From the NCBI GenBank assembly GCA_951406725.2, contig OX597824.1:36704001-36768000 (forward strand): a DNA stretch of 64,000 nucleotides. The letters run 5' to 3'. The position numbers and the translations under genes were made by a program. The DNA comes from Octopus vulgaris (Eukaryota). Under the pieces are notes generated by a model. The model was given only the letters and a program-made list of their open reading frames with translations. It was not told the DNA's origin and searched no databases. This document shows, in pieces, positions 40,005 through 54,329 of this stretch; position 1 is the first letter of the stretch; each line of letters opens with the position of its first letter.

Positions 40005-41523
40005 ACGTGCGTGTACATACGTAGGCTTAATATAATAATATAATTCTTACTCCACAAGAAATGGTAAATACATCAGTTAGTCTTTCTCTATGACCATGGC
40101 AGCACCAAAACAATTTTGGTAGCCCTACATGTATAATTTTGCAGTTTCCACTTCTGTTGTTTCAAGTATGGTTTCACATCTAAGTGAATCCACTGCTAGC
40201 TGGGATGGTAGCAATGGTTGTGTAGCAGCTGATGTGGTAGTGAGGTGACATTAATTACCTCAGGTCATTGTCAAAACCCCACTATTTCCAGCCCAGCCTG
40301 TTGCCAACATTGTATATATAGATACTTTCACATGTATTTCTTCAGTGTTATTCCATTCACTTGTATAACTCCCTTCCATATTTATCATGTAGATTAATGT
40401 TGCAGCTTTGAATATCCTAACACATTGTTAATTAATTATTTATCAAGTATTTTGTGGTTATATGATTAAACTGATTGGAATGTGTTAAGTTCAACACATA
40501 TATGTTTAAATCCCCCCCTCTCTCTCTCCCTCTCTCTCTCTCTCTCTATCTCTATCTCTCTCTCTTTCTCTGTGTAAATAGGAAATGGCATTTCTTTCAA
40601 ACATATTACATCAAAGACACAATTGTGTTCAAGTCTGATGTTTTTAATCAAGGATTTTTCAGGTTTCCTTATTTGTCCTCCATACTGAGATTGGAACAAT
40701 AACATTCCTAAATCCATTTGCTCATTAATATTTCAAAATCCTTTTAGGCCTTATCATCAGAATGGAATAATGATAATAACGATATATTTTTAATAGTTTT
40801 ATTGTTACCAACAGAGATCATAAACTTAGCTATAGTTTTCAAAGAATGATGTGATTATTATCACAAATAAAATCACCAATGCCAGATTTAAAAATTATAC
40901 AAAAGTAAAGATTCATAGATTTCACAGTTTTATTTTATAGGTTTTCTGTGTGTTTATTGTTGGCTTGTATTTTGCTATCACTAAAGCTTCTCTATTATTC
41001 TTCAAACTTTTTAATGAAATTCTAAGTTGTAACTCTGACAGCTAAAGTTGCTGTATAATCTTTGCTCTTTTACTTGAGCATAGAGACAGTGAGGGTGGTA
41101 CTAGATTGACAGTTGTGATGGTAAAGGGTTGATAGTAATCATATGAGCTGTAGTTGTGATAGAGGCAGAAGTGATGGTGATGATGTTGATGGTGGTCGTG
41201 GTGGTTGCCCAGCCGGTCAAGGATGACAGTGATAGTAAGCAATGTGAAAGACAGTGGTGATGGTGGTGGAGGGAGAGGCAGTGAAGTCAAAGGCATTGAT
41301 GGTGGTGGCGTGAGAAGTTTGAATGGTATGTGTATGGCAGTTGTGGTGGCAATGGTGGTGGTGATGGTGATGGTTGAAAGCAATCAACAGAAAGAGAGAG
41401 TGAGAAAGAAAAGGGTTAGATAGAAAAAAAATTGCACTGAGCCCCAAATGGGAAGACAAAAAATGTTGTTTATCATGCAGCTTTGCAATAAGTCGAAAAA
41501 TTACATATCATTGTTTTGATGAA

Positions 41524-42379
41524 AATTGTTCATTGCTTGAAAAATATTGGTCAAGTTTAATAAAATTTAATATGTATTGAATGCATGAAATGTCATTATT
41601 GGGCCCAAGGCCCAGTGAAGAGGCCTCCACCAGAGCTAGCTTAAAAGCCACACAAATAGGGAAGCTTTCAAGCTAGTACATATGTCTATACATACCTGCA
41701 TATACACACATATATACATTAAGGAGCAAACATAACTGCTGAGATAAGAAGTTTGTTGTGCAATCATCTTGTTTCAGGTTCAGTCCATTATATTCATAAA
41801 CTCGGAAATGGTGGGGGGGGGGTGCAATTGCACCTCTAAAATTTTTGGTGATGGGGGGAAATGAAAATTCTTTGAACATTTTTTTGAAAAATTTCATCAC
41901 CAAAAGAAATGCTTGTAGAAGCATTTTTGGACTGAAATGAAACATTACTCATTCATTATTGGATTTATCTGATTTGATTCATGTACGGATGTAAATTTTG
42001 GATGTGAGTTTGCACCTGCTAAGTAGATTTAATTGTTCATTGCTTGAAAAATATTGGTCAAGTTTAATAAAATTTAATATGCATTGAATGCATGAAATGT
42101 CATTATTGGGCTCAAGGCCCAGTGAAGAGGCCTCCACCAGAGCTAGCTTAAAAGCCACACAAATAGGGAAGCTTTCAAGCTAGTACATATGTCTATACAT
42201 ACCTGCATATACACACATATATACATTAAGGAGCAAACATAACTGCTGAGATAAGAAGTTTGTTGTGCAATCATCTTGTTTCAGGTTCATTACTCTTTCA
42301 TTATTGGATTTATCTGATTTGATTCATGTACGGATGTAAATTTTGGATGTGAGTTTGCACCTGCTAAGTAGATTTAATT
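41524..42379. repeat. Tandem duplication (507 bp + 345 bp; 162 bp absent from copy 2)
   Basis: 41524-42030 is repeated from 42031 with about 3 substitutions; 41783-41944 is missing from copy 2. Confidence 0.95.
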
Positions 42380-42487
42380 CCAGAAATTGTGGTTACATGG
42401 CACCTTGAACAAATGTCTTTGCCCATCACGCATGCATGTGTATGTGTATGTATATGCGTGTATTGCAAATTGATATTTGTCTTGACA

Positions 42488-42689
42488 TCTCTTTTACTTG
42501 TTTCAGTCATTTTACTGAGGCAATGCTGGGGCACTGCCTTTAGTCGAGCAAATCAACCCTGGGACTTATTCTTTGTAAGCCTAGTACTTATGCTATTGGT
42601 CTCTTTTGCCAAACTGCTTAGTGACAGGGACATAAACACACCAGCATCGGTTGTCAAGTAATGCTAGGGGGACAAACACAGACACACAA

Positions 42690-42732
<43 letters not shown>

Positions 42733-42904
42733 CATATATACGACGCGCTTCTATCAGTTTCCGTCTACCAAATCCACTCACAAGGCTTTGGTCGGCCCGA
42801 GAGTATAGTAGAAGACACTTGCCCAAGATGCCACACGGTGGGACTGAACCCGGAACCATGTGGTTTGTAAGCAAGCTACTTACCACGCAGCCATTCCTAC
42901 GCCT
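42488..42904 (-). mobile_element. SINE family A, full length
   Basis: Reverse complement of the family consensus. Confidence 0.9.
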
Positions 42905-43138
42905 ATTTGTGTACTAATTGCAAAGAAAGTCACAGATGCTATAAATGGTGCTGTTTGTTTTGAGACATGGAGTCATTTGTGGGTGTTTTACATGGAATTT
43001 TTCATTGTTTAAAGTATTGGGTGAAATATAACATTGCTAAGAAATGGCAGAAGAGCATCTGGCTGAAGAAAATCTGCACCATTTGATCTATGCAAGTATG
43101 GAAAAGTAGATGTTAAAATGATATTGGTGATGGCATAA

Positions 43139-43176
<38 letters not shown>

Positions 43177-43329
43177 TTAACAAAACAGAAGCTGATTTAG
43201 TGAGAGTGCAATTTTTCAGTTGGTTAGAGTAAATGCAGCTATATGGGGACATCGACTAAATATTTCATATCTGACATAAGGAAGGGTCCAAAGATTTTTA
43301 ACCAGTATAAAATGTGAGGCCTTCCACAA

Positions 43330-44050
43330 AGCCTGCATTTTCTTGATCAATTGATGATAGATGGCCTTGTGCTTTCAAAGACCCCACTAATCTGAATTTC
43401 TAATCAATATTCTGTTCCCTTAGTTTCCAGATGTTAATGGGTAGTGTTGTGAAGTTTTCCTGAGGTTATAAAACCTGTTTGAATTTACTGTCATCCATAC
43501 CTGTATAATGTCTGATTTATGAAAGTTGTGGTAATTTTGCGCTCATATTAACTCAATTTCAGGTTACATATCCAATCTAAGGGACTTATGTATGTCTTCC
43601 TACACGTACAATCCTGATTTTCTTGTTTGATAGGCTTGTTGGTGGTGTTGAGTAATCTCTTGTGGGAACAACAGCTGTAGCTGATTTTCATGGCACATCT
43701 CTTACAAAATCTTATATGATTAACAAGGAAATATTTTTCCCCAAATCCAGGTTTTTATTTTTATATATACATTGGTTTTCATATTTGATGAATAAGATGG
43801 TATGAACCAGAAGATGTTTCAAGGTCAATTCTTGGATCCCTAGGGTTGACTGAATGGAGTGTTGGAAATGTTTTCTCAAATGTCACTAACTAATAGGGAC
43901 CTATCGTACTAAGTGGTTGCCTTGTCAACAATATCCTTTGATGAGGAAAGGTTAGAAATTCTCCTGCTGTTATAACAGACACAAGGTTCTTAAAACCATG
44001 GAGAGAGGGAACAGAAAATTTATTAATATACTTAGTTTCTCCTTTGGAAT
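43330..44050 (-). mobile_element. Penelope-like element remnant (RT thumb/linker and GIY-YIG endonuclease)
   Basis: Minus-strand fragments RRISNLSSSKDIVDKA, NIFWFIPSYSSNMKTNV, KISYSC, C.CR...PL...C and YTGM...FKQ.FYN, in the PLE order. Confidence 0.75.
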
Positions 44051-44172
44051 ATAGAAATGGTTGTAAGAACTTGATTCTTGGTTCAGTGATACATCTAAGA
44101 AGTGAATATTAGTTTAGTAGCTTCAGTAATTAACAAACTGTATCTTAATAATACCAGTTTGCATTTATCCAG

Positions 44173-44206
<34 letters not shown>

Positions 44207-44548
44207 TGCCAGTGCTACGTAAAAAGCATCTAAACCACACTGTAAACTGGTTGGCATTCGGAAGGGTATCTAACTGTAAAAAAGAATCCTACCGAAACTG
44301 ACCTTGCCTGTGCTGGTGCCACATAAAAAAGTACTCAGTCCACTCTGCAGAGTGGTTCGTGTTAGGAAGCACATCCAACCATAAAAACCAGGTGGAAATA
44401 AACAGCGAAACATGGTGCAGTCCTCTACGTAACCAGCTCTGCACAAACCATCTAATGCATGTCAGCATGGAAACAGACATTAAATGATGATGATGATAAT
44501 GACGATGAGATATATATATATGTATATATTTTTATTTTTATTTTTATT

Positions 44549-44856
44549 TCACTTCTTTCAGCCATTTGACAGCAGCCATGCTGGAGCACCATCTCGAAGG
44601 GTTTCAGTCGAACAAACCGACTCCAGGACTTATGTTTTTTAAGCCTAGTACCTAATCTAATGGTTTCTTTTGCTGGACCACTAATGTATGGGGTCATAAG
44701 CACACCAATACTGGTTGTTATGCAATGATGCAGGGATAAACACAGACACAAAGACACACATAGATATATACATGTATATATATATATATATATATATGGA
44801 CTGAACTTGGAACCATGTGGTTAGGAAGCAAGCTTCTTACCACACAACCACGCCTA
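44549..44856 (-). mobile_element. SINE family A, internally deleted
   Basis: Tail and head present; middle replaced by (TA)n. Confidence 0.75.
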
Positions 44857-44896
44857 TATGTGTATGTGTGTGTGAGTGTGTGTATATTCACATGCA

Positions 44897-44927
<31 letters not shown>

Positions 44928-44970
44928 GTATACACACATATACATATATAAAATTCTAGACATATATATG

Positions 44971-45004
<34 letters not shown>

Positions 45005-45212
45005 TGTATGTATGTATGTATGTATGTATGTATGTATGAATGAATGAATGAATGTATGTTAAACATAGTAAGCTGGTTTTAATGCATTTCTTGGCTTCAA
45101 CATGTAAGCACAGGCAAACAATTATAATAATGACAGTAAAATGGATGGTGGTGGTGATGGTAGGGTGGCATGACAGGTATGGCTTGACTGTTTTGTGGGC
45201 GCATATATAGAT

Positions 45213-45244
<32 letters not shown>

Positions 45245-45671
45245 GTGTGTGTATTATATATATACAGATGTACAAATACACTTTTATTCTGTTACATGTA
45301 TATTATTTACTTTACTGTTCGATCAATTTTTATAGATGTTTAACAAAGAACAACATTTTGTTAATGATTCATTTATCCTTATATTTATTTACCTCCACGT
45401 AATGCTTCTGCTACTATGTGGTGATGGTAGTGGTGGTGGTAGTGGTGGTGGTGGTGGGAGTTCTTCCTTGTCGTTGTTTAAACCCAGCTCTGCCTTAATT
45501 GAGCAGGCATGTGATCAAATGGCTTTCAAGCCATGAGCATCCAGTCTATCTAGGGGTACAGTTGCTAGAATATACTTCCTTTTATTAGGTGCTATTTGAA
45601 GAATTTGGCTGCTATTCCTAGAAGTTCAAGTTACCACATAGAGGACCCTTTAATGGTCCAAGTGAATGATA

Positions 45672-46526
45672 TCAGGTCATTAAGAATGAAATGTCTGATT
45701 TTCTTATGTGCCGCATTTAACAGCTGTCAACTCTAATGTTTTATCCTGACAATTTTTTGTTTTACAACATTGAAGAGTTACATCGTCACTTTTTGAAATG
45801 CAATTTATGGCATCTGATTATATTGTGAGTTCTTTGCTGTCACAGCATAAAAGCAAACTATTTTTGCCTCGTATTGTTACATGTGATGAAAAATGTATTC
45901 GTTTCAACAATAGGAAGCCTTCTGCATGATGGTTGAATAGAGATAGAATACCAAAACACAATCCAAAAAAGATATTCACCAAAAAAAGCTAATGGTGTCT
46001 GTTTGGTGGTCCAGTGCTGGTGTCATACACTACAGCTTCATGAGACCTGGTAAGTCAATTACAACAGATGTGTACATCAACCAATTGGATGAAATAATGA
46101 GTGAACTTGCAATAAAACAACCAAGATTGGTCAATAGAGACAGGCCAATTCTCTTGCAAAACAATGCTGAACTACATATTGCACAAAGAACACTACTCAA
46201 GTTACAGGAACTGAACTTGGAAGTACTCTGTCATCCATCATATTCACCAGACCTTGTGCCAACTGACTATCATGTTTTCCAGGCATTAGACAACTTTTTG
46301 CAAGGAAAAAACTTCAAATCTGAAGATGCAAAAACAGCCTTTCTTGATTTCATCACCTCTTGCTCTCCAGAATTCTTCACTGCCAGCATACATAAGCTAC
46401 CGATAAAATGGCAAAACTGTGTTGATAATTTAGATGCATACTTTGATTAACTGCATTGCTTTTTGTTGAGATAAAGTAAAATAAACATTCAGTTCAAAAT
46501 CAGACATTTCATTCTCAATGACCTGA
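45672..46526 (+). mobile_element. Internally deleted mariner (Tc1/mariner, DD34D type, SETMAR/Hsmar1-like) DNA transposon
   Basis: About 31-bp TIRs TCAGGTCATTAAGAATGAAATGTCTGATTTT / AAAATCAGACATTTCATTCTCAATGACCTGA, flanked by TA on both sides. 855 bp. Confidence 0.95.
45850..46450 (+). pseudogene. Mariner transposase catalytic-domain remnant
   Basis: Reads RIVTCDEK...MVSVWW...LLQNNA...HPSYSPDLVPTDYHVF...WQNCV. N-terminal HTH region missing, stop upstream of ORF 45992-46450, second catalytic Asp (HDNA) changed to QNNA. Confidence 0.9.
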
Positions 46527-46817
46527 TAGTAAGCTGAAATTATTCATGAAGACTGTAAAAGATTGCAGACTCCAAAGTATTAAAAAATTTACTAACAGGA
46601 ACTGAAGTAGCAATTAAGATCATGTGATAACTGTTTAATCCATGCTCCACTGATTTTTAAAGATCATCTTTGGTCATGGTCTGTTTCATTGTGTCTTTTC
46701 TTTTTAGAGATGTCTTTAATTATTGAAGTTGGCACCTAATGCTACCCCTACTCTTCCTTCATTCACAAATACCTTTCATTGTCATCTTTGTGGCTGCCAC
46801 AACTATCATCATCCCCA

Positions 46818-46843
46818 CAACCACCACCACCACCACCACCACC

Positions 46844-46911
<68 letters not shown>

Positions 46912-46973
46912 TTTCATCATTTTCATCATCATCAATTTAATCAACACACTAGTTACTGTCAAGCAAACTGCCT

Positions 46974-47022
<49 letters not shown>
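46818..47022. repeat. (ACC)n(ATC)n followed by (TA)n
   Basis: Direct reading. Confidence 0.95.
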
Positions 47023-47026
<4 letters not shown>

Positions 47027-47574
47027 TTTATCTTTTACTTGCTTCAATCATCTGACTGCAGCCATGCAGTCTTGAAGAATTTTTTAGTCAAACACATCAA
47101 CCCCGGGACTTATTTTTTTAAACCTAGTACTTATTTGGTTTGCATGGATGGATGGAGTGAGGAAAGCTTTGGTGGTTAAAGGTATAAGAGTGAGAGGGGC
47201 AAGAGAGTTTATTAGTGACAGGAAAGCTTGTCTCTAATGGAACCAGTATGATGCCTCAGGGGTAAACCAGCATATACTGTCAGGCTCTGTTGCTGATATC
47301 AGGGGTTGTGTTCTATGCCTTGACCCAAGCTTAGGACTGGGCTTGCCTTTTTGAGCTAGGAAATGAATGGAATGCCTGGTGTGTGTCTTGTCGTAGCTAC
47401 CCACTCCTATGGGGAATAGGCCTTGGTAAATAAAAAAGATAAAATATAACTTATTCTATCTATCTCTTTTGCCAAACTGCTAAGTTACAGGTACATCAAT
47501 ACCAGCTTTCAGGAGGTGGTGGGGTACAAATGGAGGTACAAAGACACACACACATAGATATATACATATATATA

Positions 47575-47636
<62 letters not shown>

Positions 47637-47648
47637 ATCTCTTTCAAC

Positions 47649-47864
47649 ATGTGATCTCTTGAGCACCACCAGCAAAAATATTTTTTCCTCTGTCTTCTCT
47701 TCTTGGGATCTTTCCTTCTCCTTGTTTCCGACGAAGAGCTCCGCTCGAAACATTAAACCCTCCTTCCCTTCTTTCCTGAGCATCAATAATACTTTAATTG
47801 TTCCACGTCCTGCGTTGCTGTGTTTTTTTCTCTTTTTTTCTGTGTTTTCTTGTTTGGATTAACT
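47649..47864 (+). mobile_element. Second copy of the hammerhead-bearing about 210-bp repeat (pLTR/retrozyme-like), within (TA)n
   Basis: Reverse complement homologue of 5194-5404. Motif at 47724-47758 is GTTT-CCGACGA-AGAGCTCCGCTC-GAAACATT-AAAC (mutated core). Confidence 0.7.
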
Positions 47865-47904
47865 ATATATATATATATATACATAAATATGCATATATAT
47901 ATAT

Positions 47905-48132
47905 TTCTTTACTACCCACAAGGGGCTAAACATAGAGGGGACAAACAAGGACAAACAAAGGGATTAAGGCGATTACATCGACCCAGTGCGAAACTGGTAC
48001 TTTATTTATCGACCCCGAAAGGATGAAAGGCAAAGTTGACCTCGGCGGAACTTGAACTCAGAACGTAACGACAGATGAAATACCGCTAAGCATTTCACCC
48101 GGCTCGCTAACGTTTCTGCTAGCTCGCCGCCC
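47905..48132 (-). mobile_element. SINE family B
   Basis: Near-consensus copy. Confidence 0.85.
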
Positions 48133-49447
48133 ATATGCTTATATATATATATAATGCTGAGACCCCCTTCAGTCATGACTGACCATGGGATTGCACCTAG
48201 AAAGTTATCCTCCCAGGCACAAGTCTGGGCAAGGTTGTTTTTGGAAGACCAGTAATCACCCATGCATACCGGCCTCCCCTCTCTACGCCGCCAGTGTTAT
48301 CCAAGTAAAAGGCAATGGCCGATACAGCTTGGCACCTGCGACGTCGCAACTCATTTCTACAACTGGAGTAATGTGAAATAAAGTGTCTTGCTCAAGAACA
48401 CAACACACAGCCCGGTCCGGGATTCAAACTCACAACATCACGATCCAGCCTTAAGGGTGTGGCCATGCTGGAGCACTACCAGTGTATTAATGAAAATTGA
48501 ATAAATCAACTGGTGTTTAAAACATAAATCAACATAGAACTTATAATTAAAGAGGATGTTTGTATTAGTCTTAGGCAGGTTAGTATAAAAAAGGGTTAAA
48601 ATAAAAGTTATATATATATATATATGACAGGACTCTTTCATTTTCTGTCAACCAAATACATTCACAAGGCTTTAGTCAGTCTGAGACTACTATAGTAGAA
48701 GACCAGTGGGACTGAACCCGGTACCATGTGGTTGGGAAGCAAGTTTCTTACCACACAGCCATGCCTATGTTTTGAGTTCAAACCTTGCTGGAGTCTGCCG
48801 TTCATCCTTCCAGTATCAACAAAATAAAGCACCAATCAAATCTTGAAGTCAATTTAATTCCCACCTAGAACAGGATGGTACCTGAATAACACAAACATTT
48901 AATACATACTCTGTATTTTCTCATGAAAATACAGAGTATGTTTTAAGGCCCTGCACAACTTTATACCAATCCCATTTTACTCCAATCTCTATTTCACAAT
49001 CCTGAATCCTTTATATTGCAGCAGTTTTATTTTTCATTTCAGATACATCATCTGAAAGCATGGCATATTAATGAGCCAACACAATCACACACGAAAAAAA
49101 AATTCTCTCAGTTGTATACAATCATATACAAAAAAAAAAGAAATAATATAACTAAAGATATAGAAAGAAAAAAAAAACCTAGCAAAATGGCAAGATAGTC
49201 TTGACTAGAATGCTTTTGATCATAAGCCTTCTCAATAGGAGATGACTCGGGACTAAAAAGAAACACAACATAATATGTCCACGCCTGTGCATTTCAGTTT
49301 TTTTTCATAGTTTGGTCAATACATTCAATATTTAACCCAATTCACCTGTTTTCAATTTGTCTTTCCTGTCCATGCATCACATCCAACACTAGACTTTCAT
49401 TTTACAATGCTGACTATCTATCTTTATCATTATCATCATCATCATCA

Positions 49448-49507
<60 letters not shown>

Positions 49508-49787
49508 CTACTACTGCTACTACAAGTCTATGTGCATTGCATACATGAGGACTTGTAGATACATAGATAGATAGAGAGAGAGAGAGAGAGGGGGGGGGGA
49601 GACTTAATGCAACAATATAGACCAGAATACTTTTCAGTATCATATTCAGATAATCACACAATTGACTCTTAATAAATAAGAGAATGATTAGAGCTGTTTT
49701 CACACACACATATATACGTTTGTATTTACTTTAAAAGAAAGAAGAATAGTACACACATATACACACACATGTGCATGCACACACAAG

Positions 49788-49863
<76 letters not shown>

Positions 49864-51861
49864 TATACATATATATATTAATTGCCATTGTGTACAACGT
49901 GAGATTACAGCAGTGAACAATGTAAGTGAAATGTCACACTGCATGAGTCTAGGTGTGACATGGTGTGCAAGTATCAACTAAACCAAAACTTCTATAGATC
50001 AGTAGACGGCTTCAGAACAATGAGAGATTGAAGTACTTTGAACAATTGCAACTAAAATCAATATTTTTATCTAACTTTTATACAAATTCAATGACTTTAC
50101 TGTGTTTAACTAGAGTTGAAGTCACAGTAATATCATTATAATTGAATAATTGAACTTATATGGCTGACTTGAGAGGAAAGTAGACATGTGAGATGCAGAG
50201 GAGATGTCCAAACAATTTGTCACACTTAAGAGCTACATAAACCTGGGTACAATTGCAAATGACCCAATCTTACTCGAGGGACATTTGTACTATTCTTTTG
50301 CCGTTTATGAAATTAATATCTATTGTAAATAAACTAAAATTATCTTTTATTTAATCAAAGGAGAAATATGTCTGTAAATTTTTTTAGATCTTTGTCAATT
50401 GGTAACATAGAAAGAATTGGCATTAAACTTGAAGGCTATCATCAGCTTCATCATCCTTTAACGTTCATTTTCCATGCTGGCATGGGTTGGACAGTTTAGC
50501 CAGAGAGCTGTACCATGTTCATTTCTAGGGCCACTTTACAGTGCGTGCTGGTTGCTTTTACGTGGTGCCGACATGAGTGCTTTTTATGTGACACCAGCAC
50601 AGGGCTTTTGCAGGTCAATCCTCTTCATCAGGAGGGGTGACCTTGACACTTCTACAGAGAGAAAACTCCAAACAAGAATTAGGATCTACAGAGGTGTGAT
50701 TTTGTGTAGGAAGGGTTAGATAATATTTTTGAGGACTGATGTAAAGTAAGGATGGCAAGAGGAAGATCAACTACACCTGGGTGGCTCAGGGGGAGGTGAT
50801 TTGATCAAAAGTAATGGTATGAGAGTGAGAAAGTGGTTGTACCTTATTTTTGGGTGAACAATGGCTAACATGATGGAAGGAATTTTTTGTTTGTGGTCCC
50901 AGATATTTGTCTGTAACAACAGTGTCACCACAGATGCAGTAGTGGTAGTAGTAGTAGCCTCATATTGTTGTCAGAGCTCTTCCACTCTGATATATATCTA
51001 GAGCTGAGATTCCAAATGAAAGTATCTTAAAGCTTTTATGAGAAACCATCAAAGTAAGTTAGCAATACAACTATTATGTTTGTTCCTTCTTTGATTTTAA
51101 CTTCCAGACAGGAGATAAGTTGAGAACAGAAGAGTGAAAAATAATACAGAATATGTGTCTGATTAAGATATATCTACTAAATGCATTTCTTCATAGAGTC
51201 TTAGTTCTTTAACACACTCACATATTGCAGGTATGGAATCTTTCTGAGAATCAACAACCGTTATTATTTGCACGTTTCTTACAACTGTGTTGCATTTCTG
51301 TTGCAGATGTGACATCAATTACACACCACCAACTTTGACTATTTGTAATGAAGGATTTCATTTATGGAGTCATATTACATCATATTTATTATAGTTATAT
51401 CCAAGATATTGATTTTTTTCTAGGGAAAGGTGAGAGTTAACTAAATTAACCCCAATATATTTCTGATACAAATTTTATTGATCTTGGATCAATGAAAGTA
51501 ATGTCAGAACGTAGGTATGATATAATATCCTGCAAGATATTCAATCTGTCAAACACACCATTTCTACCAAATTATAGGCAAAATATTTGTATTCCTTGTG
51601 ATAGGATCTAGTTTTAGTAAAGTACGCTTATAAAGTGTTCACTGATCTATTGATCTAATAAAGTACTTTGGTCAATTGTATGCTGTACTAAATTTCTTCC
51701 TATTTTTGATATTTGCAGCAATGTCCATTTTTCTGGAGGAACTGCATCTCTTTGCTGAAGTTCTTTAACCTCTATTTATGTCTCATGTTTCTGTATGGTT
51801 AACTTCCAACTCAATAATTTGGTTTCCCAGAAAATATTGTTGAATCACTAAGCACTAAGTA

Positions 51862-52373
51862 CCATAAATCCTCGAGTATAGCCCGCCCTTGAGTATAATA
51901 TGCAGGGGATTTTTACGGGGCTGTACCTCTGAAAAACCTAAACCTTGAGTATAATACACACCCTTTCTCTAACTTGAGTCAAGGAGGTCTATATAATTTC
52001 CTTGGTTTGTAAAAATATATACGGTAACATCCTTTATTATTATTGTACATATAACATAATGCAAGCGTGTAGCTTTTTTGTGCCTTTTGTTTGCAGAAAA
52101 TAAAGAAATAACAGTAATAACGTTTAATAAATGTTACTTACTGCAAGTTATGAATGGTTCTTTTATGACTTCATTGCTTTCAGGCTTAGCTTAAGGTATT
52201 TTCATGCCCGACATCACAAAATGCGTCTGAATAAACATTGCTGGGCAGCAAATAGAGACTCGGACATTGCTTAGAAAATATTTAAAATTTTCAACCTCGT
52301 ACATAGTACGCACTAGGGATTTTGACCATTAAATTATGGGGAAAAAATGCGGATTATACTCGAGTATTTATGG
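51862..52373. mobile_element. MITE, same family as 27070-27591, copy 2
   Basis: TIRs CCATAAATCCTCGAGTATA / TATACTCGAGTATTTATGG with TA flanks. Both arms are homologous to copy 1. Confidence 0.88.
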
Positions 52374-52430
52374 TAGATGTTGACCCTTTAGGAAATTTAA
52401 AAGATACTCAGTCACATCTGATAATTGTGT

Positions 52431-52836
52431 AAGGAATATATATTAGTGACAGAGGTAGTATTGATCACCACTGAAACATGGTTGTTGTGTTGGAACAAAC
52501 TATACTGTGGTAGATACCACGAGAGAAACTCTCATTTTGGCTTTTGGTGCAAAATCCACTCTTGTTTACATCACTACAGGGGAGATAAATCTCTGCCACC
52601 ACCAGCTAGAGGTAGCTATTAGCAGCTGAATATACATCATTGATAAGACCAAGGAAGGTGAAAATCACGTGATCTGGTCTAGGCACTGGAGGAGACAGGG
52701 ATTTATCTTCCCGCTTGCAATATAAAAGGGTGCATTTTGCACTGACAGCCAATATGGGAGTCTCTCTCATGGTATCTACTGCAGTATAGTTTGTTCCAAC
52801 AGAATATCCATGTTTAATTGGGGATATATATTACTT
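52431..52836. repeat. Fold-back unit (about 140-bp arms) with a decayed hammerhead in the spacer
   Basis: GTTGGAACAAACTATACTGTGGTAGATACCA / TGGTATCTACTGCAGTATAGTTTGTTCCAAC. Spacer 52636-52678 reads ATCA-TTGATAA-GACC..GGT-GAAAA-TCACGTGA-TC-TGGT. Confidence 0.85.
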
Positions 52837-54329
52837 AAGGGTATCTAATTAATGCAAGTTATTATTTAGAGGGAGCACAGCAAATAGAAGAGATAGCTGG
52901 AAATGGAGTGGAGAATAAGTGATCTCAGCAGTACAATGGCAACTCTAGATATATTTCTGCCTTATTAGACCTCCTCAGCTATACATTGTCCTTACCAGTG
53001 TTGCCAGGTATTGATATACAGATTTTGTAATAGATAAATATACAGCGACAGTGTAACTAGAATTGTGGGGTAGGGGGGGGGGGGGAATACCCTGGAACAA
53101 ACATTGCATGGAAAATAAATGGTAAGGTCAGATCAGTGCTACCATAATGTTGGGAACCTTGCTCAAGGACAATAAATTATCTGCAGAGATGATATCTATA
53201 GATATTGACATCGAACAAAGAATTCGGTAGCTTATCTTCTGAATAATGATATTGAATCTATTATGTCTGTAAAGATAGCGATAACAGAGATAAGTAGCAG
53301 GTGAGTGAAAAAGAGAAAGAGGGTGAAAATAACAAGAGAGGGAGGAGGGTGAATGAATAAAAGAAAGCCAAGGAAACTGAGTAGAGAGGGATTGAAATTC
53401 CACTTACTATGAATCAAAGTGGTACAAAAACGTCTGAAGTATCTCAGTCTTAACAAAGATTGTCATGTGTGTGCATATATGTGTGTGTGTGTGTATGTAT
53501 ATACACACACACACACACATGCACACAAACACACACGTTCATACATACACATACTCACATTCACTCACACATAAGAAAAAGCAAGGTAAGTGAAATAATA
53601 TATTTGATGTACATTATTTTTGAAAGTTACATCAAAGAAGAAGACAGTCTTTGAGTTCTGTTGCTAACAGCCATACTCAACATTTTAACTTTCATCTTCC
53701 CAATGAATGTAATTCCCTGTTATATAATAGCAAGACTCCAGTTAGCTGAAAACTTAATACTTAAGTGAGAGCTACCACACATGATGTAGTGTTCTAAGAA
53801 ATTGCAATTAATTTGAATTGCAGCCAGATTGATAAGAAATAAATCATTATCTAAATGATTAATTCTGATCAAAAAAGCAGGGGAGATAACCCATGAATTT
53901 AAATAAACTAAATATAGAATGCTGTAATGGATGAGCTTGAGCTTCAGTAGTATGGCAACAACTCCAGATATGTTTCAGTTCAATTAAACCTCATCAGCAA
54001 AGCATAGTTTAACTGGTAGTGCAAGATCTTAAAATGACATGAGAGCATATAGGATTTTCATAAATGAGTACTAGATCATGGGATAATTTCATAGAAATTC
54101 AAGGAAATGATTGAGAGATGTCCACTGCATGAAAACTTAATAACAAAGTGAGTGTTAGCAATACCAAGTGTATTAACACCATTTTACCATCACTATTATA
54201 TATATATATGCATATATGTGTATATGTTAATGCTTGTTATTTAAGTCATTCTCACTAATATTCTCCACACAGACAGATATTATAGAAGCCAGAATAAGCA
54301 AGATTTATGCATAAAAAGTTATGATATTT

